A stretch of DNA of 64,000 nucleotides, from positions 2,170,001 through 2,234,000 of the forward strand of contig OZ024748.1 in assembly GCA_964016885.1 (NCBI GenBank), written 5' to 3'. A model generated the notes under the pieces. It ran no database searches, was not told where the DNA came from, and worked only from the letters and a program-made list of their open reading frames with translations. Position numbers and translations under genes: made by a program. This DNA comes from Eledone cirrhosa (Eukaryota). Shown one piece after another: positions 14,048 to 27,039 of the stretch (within the stretch, counting starts at the first letter, position 1; every line of letters begins with the position of its first letter).

Positions 14048-14643
14048 TGTGGTGGGGGTGGTGGGGGTAGTGGTGGTGTAGTGGTGGGGGTAGTGGTGGT
14101 GGAGGTGTAGTGGTGGTGGTGGTGTAGTGGTGGTGGTGGGGGTAGTGGTGGTGGTGGTGTAGTGGTGGTGGTGGTGTAGTGGTGGTGGTGGGGGTAGTGG
14201 TGGTGGAGGTGTAGTGGTGGTGGGGGTGGGGGTAGTGGTGGTGGTGGTGGGGGTAGTGGTGGTGGTGGTGGTGTAGTGGTGGTGGTGGTGTAGTGGTGGT
14301 GGTGGTGGTGGTGTAGTGGTAGTGGTGGTGGTGGAGGTAGTGGTGGTAGTGGTGGTGGGGGTAGTGGTGGTGGTGGTGATGTGGTGGTGGTGGTGGGGGT
14401 AGTGGTGGTGGTGGGTGTGGTGGTGGTGTAGGGGTGGTGGTGGTGGTGTAGTGGTGGTAGTGGTGGGGGTAGTGGTGGTGGTGGGGGTAGTGGTGGTGGT
14501 GGTGATGCGGTGGCGAGGGGGGGGGGGGGGGGTAGTGGTGGTGGTGGTGGTGGTGGTGGTGGTGGTGTTGTAGTGGTGGTGGCGGTGTAGTGGTGGTGGT
14601 AGTGGTGTAGTGGTGGTGGTGGTGGTGGTACCATTAGTGGTGG
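14048..14643. repeat. (GGT)n/GTAGTG G-rich microsatellite
   Basis: Visible directly. Confidence 0.95.
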
Positions 14644-14724
14644 AGTATTGTATTTTTTTTCTTTTTTCATAAGTTAATCAGGAGAGAAAAAAAGTGACCA
14701 AAACCTTTGCAGCCATCATTCCCA

Positions 14725-15616
14725 GACTGGTCAGTTTGACATAGCCAATGTCTGGTCAATGACTGGTCAGTTTGATACAGTCAATGTCTTGTCAGTGACT
14801 GGTCAGTTTGACATAGCCAATGTCTGGTCAATGACTGGTCAGTTTGACATAGCCAATGTCTGGTCAATGACTGGTCAGTTTGATACAGTCAATGTCTTGT
14901 CAGTGACTGGTCAGTTTGACATAGCCAATGTCTGGTCAATGACTGGTCAGTTTGATACAGTCAATGTCTTGTCAGTGACTGGTCAGTTTGACATAGCCAA
15001 TGTCTGGTCAATGACTGGTCAGTTTGACATAGCCAATGTCTGGTTAATGACTGGTCAGTTTGATACAGTCAATGTCTTGTCAGTGACTGGTCAGTTTGAC
15101 ATAGCCAATGTCTGGTCAATGACTGGTCAGTTTGACATAGCCAATGTCTGGTTAATGACTGGTCAGTTTGATACAGTCAATGTCTTGTCAGTGACTGGTC
15201 AGTTTGACATAGCCAATGTCTGGTCAATGACTGGTCAGTTTGACATAGCCAATGTCTGGTTAATGACTGGTCAGTTTGATACAGTCAATGTCTTGTCAGT
15301 GACTGGTCAGTTTGACATAGCCAATGTCTGGTCAATGACTGGTCAGTTTGACATAGCCAATGTCTGGTTAATGACTGGTCAGTTTGATACAGTCAATGTC
15401 TTGTCAGTGACTGGTCAGTTTGACATAGCCAATGTCTGGTCAATGACTGGTCAGTTTGACATAGCCAATGTCTGGTTAATGACTGGTCAGTTTGATACAG
15501 TCAATGTCTTGTCAGTGACTGGTCAGTTTGACATAGCCAATGTCTGGTTACTGACTGGTCAGTTTGATACAGTCAATATCTTGTCAGTGACTGGTCAGTA
15601 GTTTGATACAGTCAAT
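14725..15616. repeat. 36-bp minisatellite with a 108-bp higher-order repeat
   Basis: Unit GACTGGTCAGTTTGACATAGCCAATGTCTGGTCAAT plus two variants, about 24 units. Confidence 0.97.
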
Positions 15617-15771
15617 GAGTAGCCCAAACTGCAGAAAACATCTACAAGACAATATCATGAACAGAAGTGTCAGATCTGAAAGTTTTCAACAGAGTTTTCA
15701 CCCAAAGTTAGTGTAGCATCAGTTTGTCGTGTGTTAAATACTGAGTAGATTAACCTGACTCTTAAACTTAA

Positions 15772-15988
15772 CCATTTACCATTCACATTACTCTGTATAT
15801 ACCATTGTATTTTCGCAGTTAAGACTTTATTTCACATATCTCACATAATATCATGTCTATGAGATTTTAATATTATTTATTTTGAGAACAATACCTTAAC
15901 ATAAGTATGAGTGGCCAGTTACAGCCAGTTTTAACAGAAGGAGGTGAGAGAATCCTGGCCGGATATGGCCGGTTTAAATGCTAAAGGG
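15772..15988 (+). mobile_element. piggyBac-like MITE
   Basis: TTAA flanks; ends CC(A)TTTACCATT / AATGCTAAAGGG; about 6 copies in the window. Confidence 0.75.
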
Positions 15989-16218
15989 TTAAGGAACCCA
16001 CAATCAGATGATTATATTAAACATCTCTTACATCTGCTCCCTAAACTTAACCCTTCCATTACCATGTTTCTAATGAAATACACTGCCTGTAATTTTCCAA
16101 TCATTTTGAAAATAAGAATCTATTTATTAAATTCATCTTCGGAATACTACTCAACAAAACTTCTTACATAAACTCATGATGGACGTGCTTTGTTTTTAGT
16201 TAATTATAAACACTTTAA

Positions 16219-17304
16219 CCCTTTAGTATTTAAACTATCAGTATTCAACCAGAATATCTCTCACCACTTTCTATTCAAACTGGCCACAATGAACCACTCA
16301 TACTGATGTCAAGGTATTGTTCTCAAAATAAATAATATCAAAATCTCATAGATTCAATATTGTGCATGATAATTATGTGAGGTAAAGCCTTTACTGTGAA
16401 AATACAATAGTATATATAGAGTAATGTAAATGTTATGTGAGATATTATGTGAGGTAAAGCCTTTACTGTGAAAATACAATAGTATATATAGAGTAATGTA
16501 AATGTTATGTGAGATATTATGTGAGGTAAAGCCTTTACTGTGAAAATACAATAGTATATATAGAGTAATGTAATTGTTATGTGAGATATTATGTGAGGTA
16601 AAGCCTTTACTGTGAAAATACAATAGTATATATAGAGTAATGTAAATGTTATGTGAGATATTATGTGAGGTAAAGCCTTTACTGTGAAAATACAATAGTA
16701 TATATAGAGTAATGTAATTGTTATGTGAGATATTATGTGAGGTAAAGCCTTTACTGTGAAAATACAATAGTATATATAGAGTAATGTAAATGTTATGTGA
16801 GATATTATGTGAGGTAAAGCCTTTACTGTGAAAATACAATAGTATATATAGAGTAATGTAAATGTTATGTGAGATATTATGTGAGGTAAAGCCTTTACTG
16901 TGAAAATACAATAGTATATATAGAGTAATGTAAATGTTATGTGAGATATTATGTGAGGTAAAGCCTTTACTGTGAAAATACAATAGTATATATAGAGTAA
17001 TGTAATTGTTATGTGAGATATTATGTGAGGTAAAGCCTTTACTGTGAAAATACAATAGTATATATAGAGTAAAGTAAATGTTATGTGAGATATTATGTGA
17101 GGTAAAGCCTTTACTGTGAAAATACAATAGTATATATAGAGTAATGTAAATGTTATGTGAGATATTATGTGAGGTAAAGCCTTTACTGTGAAAATACAAT
17201 AGTATATATAGAGTAATGTAATTGTTATGTGAGATATTATGTGAGGTAAAGCCTTTACTGTGAAAATACAATAGTATATATAGAGTAATGTAAATGTTAA
17301 AGGG
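16219..17304 (-). mobile_element. piggyBac-like MITE containing a 72-bp tandem array (about 13 copies)
   Basis: TTAA-CCCTTTAG ... TAAAGGG-TTGA ends; the internal unit equals the subterminal MITE sequence. Confidence 0.85.
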
Positions 17305-17509
17305 TTGAAGTAAACATTTTTTGTATACTAGAAAAAGGGTTTCAGGCAGTTTGGTATGAAAAGGGTTAAGGTATGAAGGTGTAATGTAAGTGAGAGGTGA
17401 AGTGAGTGTTGAGGAAGAAAGGTGAGAGAGCGGTGGAGTGTATGTGGTAGGAGGAAGGTGAGTAGGAAGTACATTAAGTGGAGTGTATAAGTTCACACTT
17501 AACAGGTTG

Positions 17510-18120
17510 TGATGGAGAGATGTGGTGATGGAGAGATGTGGTGATGGAGTGATGAAGAGATGGAGAGATGGAGTGATGAAGAGATGGAGAGATGGAGAGA
17601 TGAAGAGATGGAGAGATGGAGTGATGAAGAGATGGAGAGATGGAGAGATGGAGAGATGGAGAGATGGAGAGATGGAGTGATGGAGAGATGCTGGCAATAG
17701 TTATTGAAGAAACAATGAGAAAGATGTAACTTTATTGTAAGGACAATGGTTGATCTATTGTTGGTTGAATGAAAGACAATCTTTCATTGAGACACTGTAT
17801 CTCAAGTATTTATATGACAGTGTGTGTGTAGATGTGTGGTGTGTGTAGATGTACATGTGTGGTGTGTGTAGATGTACATGTGTGGTGTGTGTAGATGTAC
17901 ATGTGTGGTGTGTGTAGATGTACATGTGTGGTGTGTGTAGATGTACATGTATGGTGTGTGTAGATGTACATGTGTGGTGTGTGTAGATGTACATGTGTGG
18001 TGTGTGTAGATGTACATGTGTGGTGTGTGTAGATGTACATGTGTGGTGTGTGTAGATGTACATGTGTGGTGTGTGTGTGTGTATGTGTACATGTGTGGTG
18101 TGTGTATATGTGTACATGTG
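17510..18120. repeat. GATGGAGA repeats and a 21-bp (TGTGTAGATGTACATGTGTGG)n array
   Basis: Visible directly. Confidence 0.9.
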
Positions 18121-18439
18121 TGCGCTAATTTAATATATTTATATGACAGTGTGTGTGTATAGATGTGTGCTAATATGATATATTTATGTGTGAGTATACA
18201 CGTGTATGCTTACATATATGTGTGTGTGTATACATGTGTATGCTTTCATATATGTGTGTGTGTGTGTTGTGGGAGAGGAAGAGTGAGGGAGGAATACATT
18301 TATATACAAATATAGTGTTTCTATGTGTGTGGCCTACACATATATATGTGTAGGTCATATATATGTATATGTAATATATATATATACATATATGTATATA
18401 TACACACACATATATGCATATATACACGCACACATGCAT

Positions 18440-18528
<89 letters not shown>

Positions 18529-19312
18529 TATACACACACACATATATATATATATATTTGTATCCACACACACATGAGTGTGTGAGCTCACTGGACAGTA
18601 ATCGGACACAACTCTGTTAGAGGCAGGTGAACAGATCCTAATCTATTATTGTTGCAGCAGACTATAGTGAAATACACTCCAGTCATGGCCATCACATCTG
18701 TTGTTTTCCAGGCACAGTGTCTATGAGTCACATTATCCAATGTAAGCTTTCTCTTTCAAGACGACTGTCAGTGGATTGAGAATGATTTGGCTGCTATTGC
18801 TAGCGTTATGTGGGAGAGGTAGGTGGACTTCACAAACTATATCTTTGTTGTTGTGTATGTGTGTGTATGTGTGTATGTGTGTATGGGTATATGTGTGTAT
18901 GTGTATGTATGCATGTGTATGAGTGTATGTGGGATGTGGGAGAGCCAATATTTATACACGTGTGTGCATATATATATGTGTGGGATCCAAGAAGATTTGT
19001 ATACATGTGTGTAGATGTATACATGTGTGTAGATGTATACATGTGTGTAGATGTATACATGTGTGTAGGTATATATATGTGTGTAGGTGTATATATGTGT
19101 GTAGGTGTATATATGTGGATGTATGTGAGTATATATATATATATATATATAGATAAATATACACAGGTGTGTATGATTGTGTATAGAAGATTATATTAAT
19201 AAAAGGAATTCCAACTTTGTCTGATTTACTCGTTTTATTTACAATCCTTTAAAATTTATAATGGTATTAGAATGAAATAGTATGGTAGAATATTAAATGT
19301 TAAGTGTTAATT

Positions 19313-19349
19313 GAACAAGTATTTTCATGCTTTCGCAATCTTCAGGTTC
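19313..19349 (-). ncRNA. minimal type I hammerhead ribozyme motif
   Basis: GAAC CUGAAGA U-UGC GAAA GCA-U GAAA AUAC UU GUUC; helix I GAAC/GUUC. Confidence 0.6.
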
Positions 19350-19454
19350 TTATTGTGTGGTGACAGTCAAATTTGCAATTTTCACAGTTGAAAATTGCAA
19401 AATTGCAAAAGTATATGGAAGGAATATATTAGGTTAACACTTGAAGAGGGTCTT

Positions 19455-19486
<32 letters not shown>

Positions 19487-20273
19487 TATATAATTCAATA
19501 TATATATATATAATTCAATATATATACATATACATATAATTCAATATATATATATACACACATATATATAATTCAATTTAGGGAAAGTTGGTTGATCAGA
19601 TAATCCATATATATGTGTGTATGTATATATATATATGTGTGTGTATGTATGTATGTATATATATATATATTATGATGATATATATATATATATTATGTGT
19701 GTATAATAAAGTGTGGTGGGAAAATCACTGAGGCATATATGTTGATGTTCAGTATTTCTTTTATCAATAATTATTAGTAATTCTGACATGAGTGTACATG
19801 TCTACAAGTCATCCCTGATTCACCAGACATATGTTCAAAGACATATCAAAGACATTATATCAAAGACATTATATCTGTTACTAACTCGTTTCATTTTTTT
19901 TCTTTTTGTATATCAATGACTACATTTTTTTTTTACTTAATACTTTTGATACCAACACATCCATAACTACTTCCATTTAAAAGGATTCCTACTTAACATG
20001 CTTTGCAGCATAGAGTTATGGCCCTTTATGTTCTGCGTTTAAATCCTGCTGAGGTTAGCTTTGCCTTTCATCCTTACAGGGTATATATATGTATATATAT
20101 TTATTTATTATGAAGAGCTGGGACCCGAAGGCTGAGCTCTTGCTGTTTCAACAACTAGTTCCAGACTGGAAATAGCTGTTGGCTCTTTATAGTATAACCA
20201 TACTCTACTACCCCAAGTATTCAGTACTCTCCTGAGTAATGGTCTAACCAGTTACAAACTGAATCCATCCTGG

Positions 20274-20308
<35 letters not shown>

Positions 20309-20870
20309 GGAGAGATAAAGACGATATTATGTTCCATTCTTGGCATGTTTGGATGAGCTTATTATCACCAAACAAATTACAGAGTGTACTGGGTGCATTT
20401 TATTGTACCACCAGCACTAGAAGGGTTGTCCAGAGCCAGCTGGCTTGAAGAGTGACCTTTTGAAACAGGTTATCTGCAATGCAGCTTGCAGAGTCATGTG
20501 CATATATATATTTAGGTGAGTTTGCTTGTGTACGTATGTGTGCATATGTGCTTGTATGTGTGTGGGGTATCTGATGTCAGTGTGTATATATGCAAGTATG
20601 TATACATACTGAACAATGAAGATGTGTATAATAATAATAATTTACTGAGCCAATTATTTTTATAAAAACAATTTCAATAGATATAATGATTACATTTTTC
20701 ATGCTTAGTTAACAATTTGGCTAAATTCAGCTGTGAATAAAGCTTTCTTGTTCTTGCATAAAGAAATAGCCAAAGACCCCACCACTTTCACCACAGACAC
20801 ACATTCATACACACACACATATATATATAAGCATATATATATGCATATTTATATGCATATATATATATAT

Positions 20871-21764
20871 ATCATCATCATCTTCGTTTAACATCCATTT
20901 TCCGTGCTGGCATGGGTTAGACGGGAGTTGTCCCACTTGAGGCAAGGTTGGTCGGGTGACCGAGTCTCGCTCATATAGGACTATCTGGCAGGTTTTCTAT
21001 GGTTGGATGCCCTTCCTAACACCAACCACATTTACAGTGTGGAACTGGGAACTTTTTACCGTGTTACCTACACGGCCACATTACAGCGTGGACTGTGTGT
21101 GTTTTTTCTAGTGACACCTACACGATCTCGATCTCATTTATTGGACTGGTTGTTGTGGTACCAACTTTATAGAGAGAGGGTGGTATTGGTGGGAGTGAGA
21201 GGATAGGGTAGGGGTAGTGGATTGGGGTGTATATTTGGTTAAGAGGTGCCTACTGACTATAGCTTTCGCTTTGTACATAGGCAAGGCGGGTTTTCTGTAT
21301 TATTGCGTAGTGCCAAAGATCTCGGTCCAGTGACATTGTCTTAGAGAGGTGCAAGTGTGTAAGGTCGGAATTTATCAGATTGTCCCAGGTTTTTCTGGGT
21401 CTACCTACTCCGTAAATACCATCAGTTTTGATCGCCCTGCACTTTTTTATACAGCTGTCATCTTTCATGCGCATCACGCGACCATACCAACGTAGTCTTC
21501 TCTCGAGTAAACAGCATCTGATCCCTCTTATTCCTAATTTCTCACTTAGTTCATTTATGCTTTGCCGTTCACGTATATTACTATTACACATCCAATGGAG
21601 CATGCATGCTTCGTTCCTTTCCAGTCTATGCAGGTCCTCTGCACGCAATGCCCATATCTCACTGCCATGTAACATTGCTGTTTGTATACATGCATCACAC
21701 AATCTGCCTTTCATTTTTAGAGAGAAACCTTTTGTGGCCAACAGCGGAATAAGCTCACTGAACT
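20871..21764 (-). mobile_element. RTE LINE 3' fragment, family 1, with 3' UTR and (GAT)n tail
   Basis: ORF 21250-21741: [32 protein letters not shown] (RTE RT C-terminus). Confidence 0.9.
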
Positions 21765-21899
21765 ACATGCATATATATATATGCATATATAAATGTGTGT
21801 GTGTGTGTGTGTGTGCATATGTATATATATATATATATATGTGTGTGTGTATGTGTATGTATATATATATAATATGTGTGTGTGTATATATATATATAT

Positions 21900-22630
21900 A
21901 ACCAAACCTTCTCATTTGCAGTTCCTTTCTTCTCCCTGCTGCCTCACATTCATCTTCCTCATTCACTCCACCACCCTCACTGGACCCATCAACCACTCTT
22001 TGTATGTTAGGAACCCTCTTCAGTTGCCCTCATCTAACAGGTTCTGTTACATGCAGTGCAGGGCCATCTACATTAACCAAACTGACCATTCACTGACTGA
22101 CAGATTCGATAAGCATCTTTAGGACATCTGTGTCAGCAACCCATCACCAGATGCCCAACATTTCCACTCTGCTGGCCATTTCACAGGGCACCTTACTGTC
22201 TTCAGCTTCTCATTCTACATCAGATCTGCTGACTCATGTTGCCAAAGGGAACAGCATCCCATTTTCTTTCTCCAAACCTCTACCCCCAATGGCTTGTATG
22301 TACCACACCTTTTCCTCTAATCTGCTCCCCATACCTCACTGCACACTCACATCCAATCCATGTTCACACAGACACACATGCATCATCCCTGCATCACATG
22401 GAATTACACACACACTTTGATACATTACACAGAAGAGTTTATATCTATTTATCTTCCCCAAAATGGCTGACTACAGACACGTGCGCTTTCTTCCTTTTTT
22501 CCATCCCTTCCTTATTTGACTGTCTATCTTCTATTACTTCTTCTATCTCTCAGTCTATCTTCTCATGAAGGTCTAATATTGTTTATCCTCGTTGGCTTTT
22601 GCATATACATATCTTGAAGATATGTCTAAC
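21900..22630 (+). mobile_element. Penelope-like element remnant: GIY-YIG endonuclease region plus 3' end with a decayed hammerhead
   Basis: TTLTGP..CYMQCRAIYINQTDHSLTDRFDKHL*DI, then QHFHSAGH..REQHPIFFLQTSTPNGL; CTCATGA..GAAG ATATG TC at 22562-22626. Confidence 0.75.
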
Positions 22631-22759
22631 AAGGTGTTAGGAGAAGTTGTGTCAAAAGACACAACTTCTCTGCACTTGATAATGACCATACATAAGCAAG
22701 ATACAGACCTCCTCGACCTGTCTGGCACATCAGTGGTCTTACTTCAGTACTTCTATATA

Positions 22760-23880
22760 TTTTATCATAGCACCAGCACTACCCCTTTACAGAGTTACTG
22801 GATGCATTTTATCATGACAGTTGCACAAACACTTTACAGAGTGTACTGGGTGCATTTTTCATCATATTAGCACAAACACTTTACAGAGTGTACTGGGTGC
22901 ATTTTAACATGGTATTAGCACAAATACTTTACAGAGTGTACTGCAAACACTTTAGAGGGTGTACTGGGTGCATTTTTCATGGTATTAGCACAAATACTTT
23001 ACAGAGTTTACAGAGTGCATTTTAACGCACTGCCAGTACTGGAGAGGTTGTCATCTTCTCTGCCAGTACTGGAGAGGTTGTCATCTTCTCTTCCAGTACT
23101 AGAGAGGTTGTCATCTTCTCTGCCAGTACTAGAGAGGTTGTCATCTTCTCTGCCAGTACTGGAGAGGTTGTCATCTTCTCTGCCAGTACTAGAGAGGTTG
23201 TCATCTTCTCTGCCAGTACTAGAGAGGTTGTCATCTTCTCTTCCAGTACTAGAGAGGTTGTCATCTTCTCTGCCAGTACTGGAGAGGTTGTCATCTTCTC
23301 TGCCAGTACTGGAGAGGTTGTCATCTTCTCTGCCAGTACTAGAGAGGTTGTCATCTTCTCTGCCAGTACTAGAGAGGTTTTCATCTTCTCTGCCAGTACT
23401 AGAGAGGTTGTCATCTTCTCTGCCAGTACTAGAGAGGTTGTCATCTTCTCTGCCAGTACTAGAGAGGTTGTCATCTTCTCTGCCAGTACTGGAGAGGTTG
23501 TCATCTTCTCTGCCAGTACTGGAGAGGTTGTCATCTTCTCTGCCAGTCTGGAGAGGTTGTCATCTTCTCTGCCAGTACTGGAGAGGTTGTCATCTTCTCT
23601 GCCAGTCTGGAGAGGTTGTCATCTTCTCTGCCAGTACTGGAGAGGTTGTCATCTTCTCTGCCAGTACTAGAGAGGTTGTCATCTTCTCTGCCAGTACTAG
23701 AGAGGTTGTCATCTTCTCTGCCAGTCTGGAGAGGTTGTCATCTTCTCTGCCAGTACTGGAGAGGTTGTCATCTTCTCTGCCAGTCTGGAGAGGTTGTCAT
23801 CTTCTCTGCCAGTACTAGAGAGGTTGTCATCTTCTCTGCCAGTCTGGAGAGGTTGTCATCTTCTCTGCCAGTCTGGAGAG
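22760..23880. repeat. RTE/SINE-tail-derived repeats grading into a 30-bp minisatellite (TGCCAGTACT(A/G)GAGAGGTTGTCATCTTCTC)n
   Basis: About 28 units from 23030; later units include a 28-bp deletion variant. Confidence 0.95.
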
Positions 23881-24662
23881 CCCTCTCAATCCTATATTAC
23901 AGGTGTATATTTGCGTGTGTGTATATATTACCTACCTGAACATAACATTTGACATTAATGAGAAATTATAATATGTGATTGGGTTTTGCATGCATTTCCA
24001 TTTTATGTAACTTATGTCGAGTGGTGTTGGGGATGGGCTGGTGTTGGGGATGGGGTGGGGACATTGAAACTGAGGTAAACTTACTGCAGGACAGAGAACA
24101 CAGCACACACACACACATGCACACGCAAATGTACTGACTCTCAGATATACACACAATCACATCACCCAGCCACATACATGCTCACACACACACATAAACA
24201 CACACACATATAAACACCCACACACACATATATATATATATAAACACACTTTTGCTCACACACTCAGGCATCCATGTACATACAGATGTGTGCATCCAAA
24301 CTCGCACACAAGCACACATCCATACACATACACACAACACACACATACACACATAAATATGTTAATTCTGTTTCTGAAAAATTATAAACAGACCTAAAAA
24401 AGTAAAAAATTACAAGCACCAAACCATAACAGAGAGAGACAGTGGAACAAAAGGCCCACCTGTGACCAGGTGAGTAATATTGTTGTTGATATTTCACTCA
24501 GGTGTGTTTTTTTTCTCTCTCTAGTTAATTCCCACCTACCAGGGGAGGACACTACTATGTCTACTATCAACTCAGGTAAAGTACACTTTTATATATATAT
24601 AAACCATCATAACTTATATATATATATACAGTCATATATATATATATATATAAACAGTCATA

Positions 24663-25000
24663 TGGCTTAGTGGTATGAGCATTGGCCTTGCAATCGAAAG
24701 GTTGTGAGTTCAATTCTCAGACCGAGTGATGTGTTGTTTCCTTGAGCAAGACACTTTATTTCACATTGCTCCAGTTTACTCAGCTGTAGAAATGAGATGA
24801 TAGGGACCTCAGACTGAGGTCCCTATCATTCCACTGCAAAGTGGACGTGTAGGTGTCACGGAAAAAAAGCACCCAGCACTCACTGTAAATGAGGTTGGTG
24901 TTAGGAAGGGCATCCAGCTGTAGAAATCAAGCCAGAATCAGTTCCCATCGCACCCTTGCAAGCAGGGAAAAAGCGGACGTAAAATGAAATGATGATGATG
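24663..25000 (+). mobile_element. tRNA-derived SINE, family C, with RTE-derived tail
   Basis: TGGCTTAGTGG A-box, GAGTTCAATTC B-box, CCTTGAGCAAGACACTTT central domain, (GAT)n tail; flanked by ATAAACAGTCATA. Confidence 0.88.
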
Positions 25001-25030
25001 ATAAACAGTCATAACTTATATATATATATA

Positions 25031-25678
25031 TCATCATCATCATCATTATCATTTTACGTCCGCTTTTCCCTGCTTGCAAGGGTGGGACGGGTCTTATTCA
25101 GCACAGCATCTCTCCACTCATCACGGTCCTTCGTCATCTCCACCGTGAGCTTCAATGATCTGAGGTCTGTTCTCACCACCTCCGCCCATGTTTTTCGTGG
25201 TCTACCTCTACCACGTTCTACCTTCAACTGGCATTTCCTGGCACTTCTTCACCCATCGGTCATCCTCCATGCGCATCACATGTCCATACCACCTCAGTCT
25301 CCTCTCCCGTACACTACATTCTATCAGACACAGTTTCTCTCTCAACACATTTATGCTGGGTCGTTCATGCACATTTACACTGCACATCCAACGGAGCATG
25401 CTTGCCTCATTTCTCTCCAGCCGTCGCATATCCTCTGCAGTTGCTGCCCATGTCTCACTACCATGCAGCATCACGCTCCTCACACAGGCATCATACAACC
25501 GGCCTTTCGTACGCAGGGAGAAACCCTTCTTCGTCAACAGAGGAAGCAGCTCCCTAAACTTCTTCCAACTCGTCCTTATTCTAGATACTATGGCCTCGGA
25601 ATACCCTCCTCCCTTGCTAATCTGATCTCCTAGGTACCGGAAGCTATCCACCACTTCTATAGCGCCCTCCTGCATCTG
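25031..25678 (-). mobile_element. RTE LINE 3' fragment, family 2
   Basis: ORF 25208-25711: IEVVDSFRYLG..MLHGSETW..RRLRWYGHVMRM. Confidence 0.92.
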
Positions 25679-25750
25679 AAAAAAAAAAAATATATATATA
25701 TATACAGTCATATATATACACAGTCATAACTTATATATATATATAAACAG

Positions 25751-25788
<38 letters not shown>

Positions 25789-25972
25789 TCATATATATAT
25801 ATATAAACAGTCATATATATATATATATATATAAAAACAGTCATAACTTATTTTGTGCCATTGGCCCAAACCACGAGAAGGGCCGGTTGTTGGACCTGCT
25901 AGAAATAACAATCAAATGAACCCATCTCATCCCTTAAAGTTGCTCACTAAATACTTCATTTTTTGTGTGTAT

Positions 25973-26029
<57 letters not shown>

Positions 26030-26642
26030 CACACACAATCACAAACAATAAAAATCAATCCCACATCAAACATACAACAAAAACATCTTTATTTGACATC
26101 TGTGTCAGTGAGGATGAACCTATATTTGATTACTTGACTTGCTAGAAAAAACAGTCAAATCTTCTCAAAATCATGCTTTGCTGTCTTTTTATTTAAAAAA
26201 ATAAAAGGAATGGTATTTTAAAAAGTGTAGTCCTAGATACACTGTGCCAGAATATAAGTTGTGATGGTCACAGCTGGATTATTGTTGATTATAGGTCTGC
26301 TTGGTCAGAGCTGACCATAAAAATATACAACTTATTTTAAATATGGGTCAATAACACTGAGTGAGCCTCAATGCGGTCACTCGATTTGCTAATAATAGCA
26401 ACTAACCCTCACCCAAATCAAACTTTACAGTTTAAAAAAAAAAAAAGAAGGATAAGTTGGAAAATGCAATGGATATAGATGAAACATGGCTGACTTATGG
26501 CTAAACAATAACAATAATAACAGCAATACTACTACTACTACTACTGATGCTACTACTACTACTACCACCACCACCACTACTACTACTACTACTACTGCTA
26601 CCACCACTACTACTACTACTACTACTGATGCTACTACTACTA

Positions 26643-26825
26643 TATATATACTATTGTATTTTCACGGTAAACACTTTATCTCACATAATATTGTATCTAT
26701 GAGATTTTGATATTTATTTTGAGAACAATACCTTAACATCAGTATGAGTGGTCAGTTCTAGCTGGTTTTAACAGAAAGAAGTGAGAGAATTCTGGCCAGA
26801 TATGGCCAGTTTAAATGCTAAAGGG
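26643..26825 (+). mobile_element. piggyBac-like MITE, partial
   Basis: Homologous to 15772-15988. Confidence 0.75.
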
Positions 26826-27039
26826 TTGAATTGACACCAGTGCATTACTGGTACTTTACTTCATTGACCCTGTTAGGATGAAAGAGAAAGCTAACCGCTG
26901 AAGTTGATACAGTCTTCCTTTCCCCTAAATTCAAGGCTTTCATCATTTCCATTTAAAATCTATTTCCCATCCATACAAGGGGCTAGAACAACCAGGTGAC
27001 CATGTCTTGTTCATATATTCCACTTTGGCTTGGTTTCTA

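Noticed and set aside
16354-17697. 447-aa ORF
   Set aside because: It is a 72-bp MITE-derived tandem array plus simple repeats.
22979-23818. LPVLERLSSS repeat protein
   Set aside because: It is a 30-bp minisatellite whose frame shifts in the 28-bp units.
24663-24730. tRNA gene
   Set aside because: A/B boxes continue into a SINE body and there is no complete cloverleaf; the same applies to the other SINE heads.
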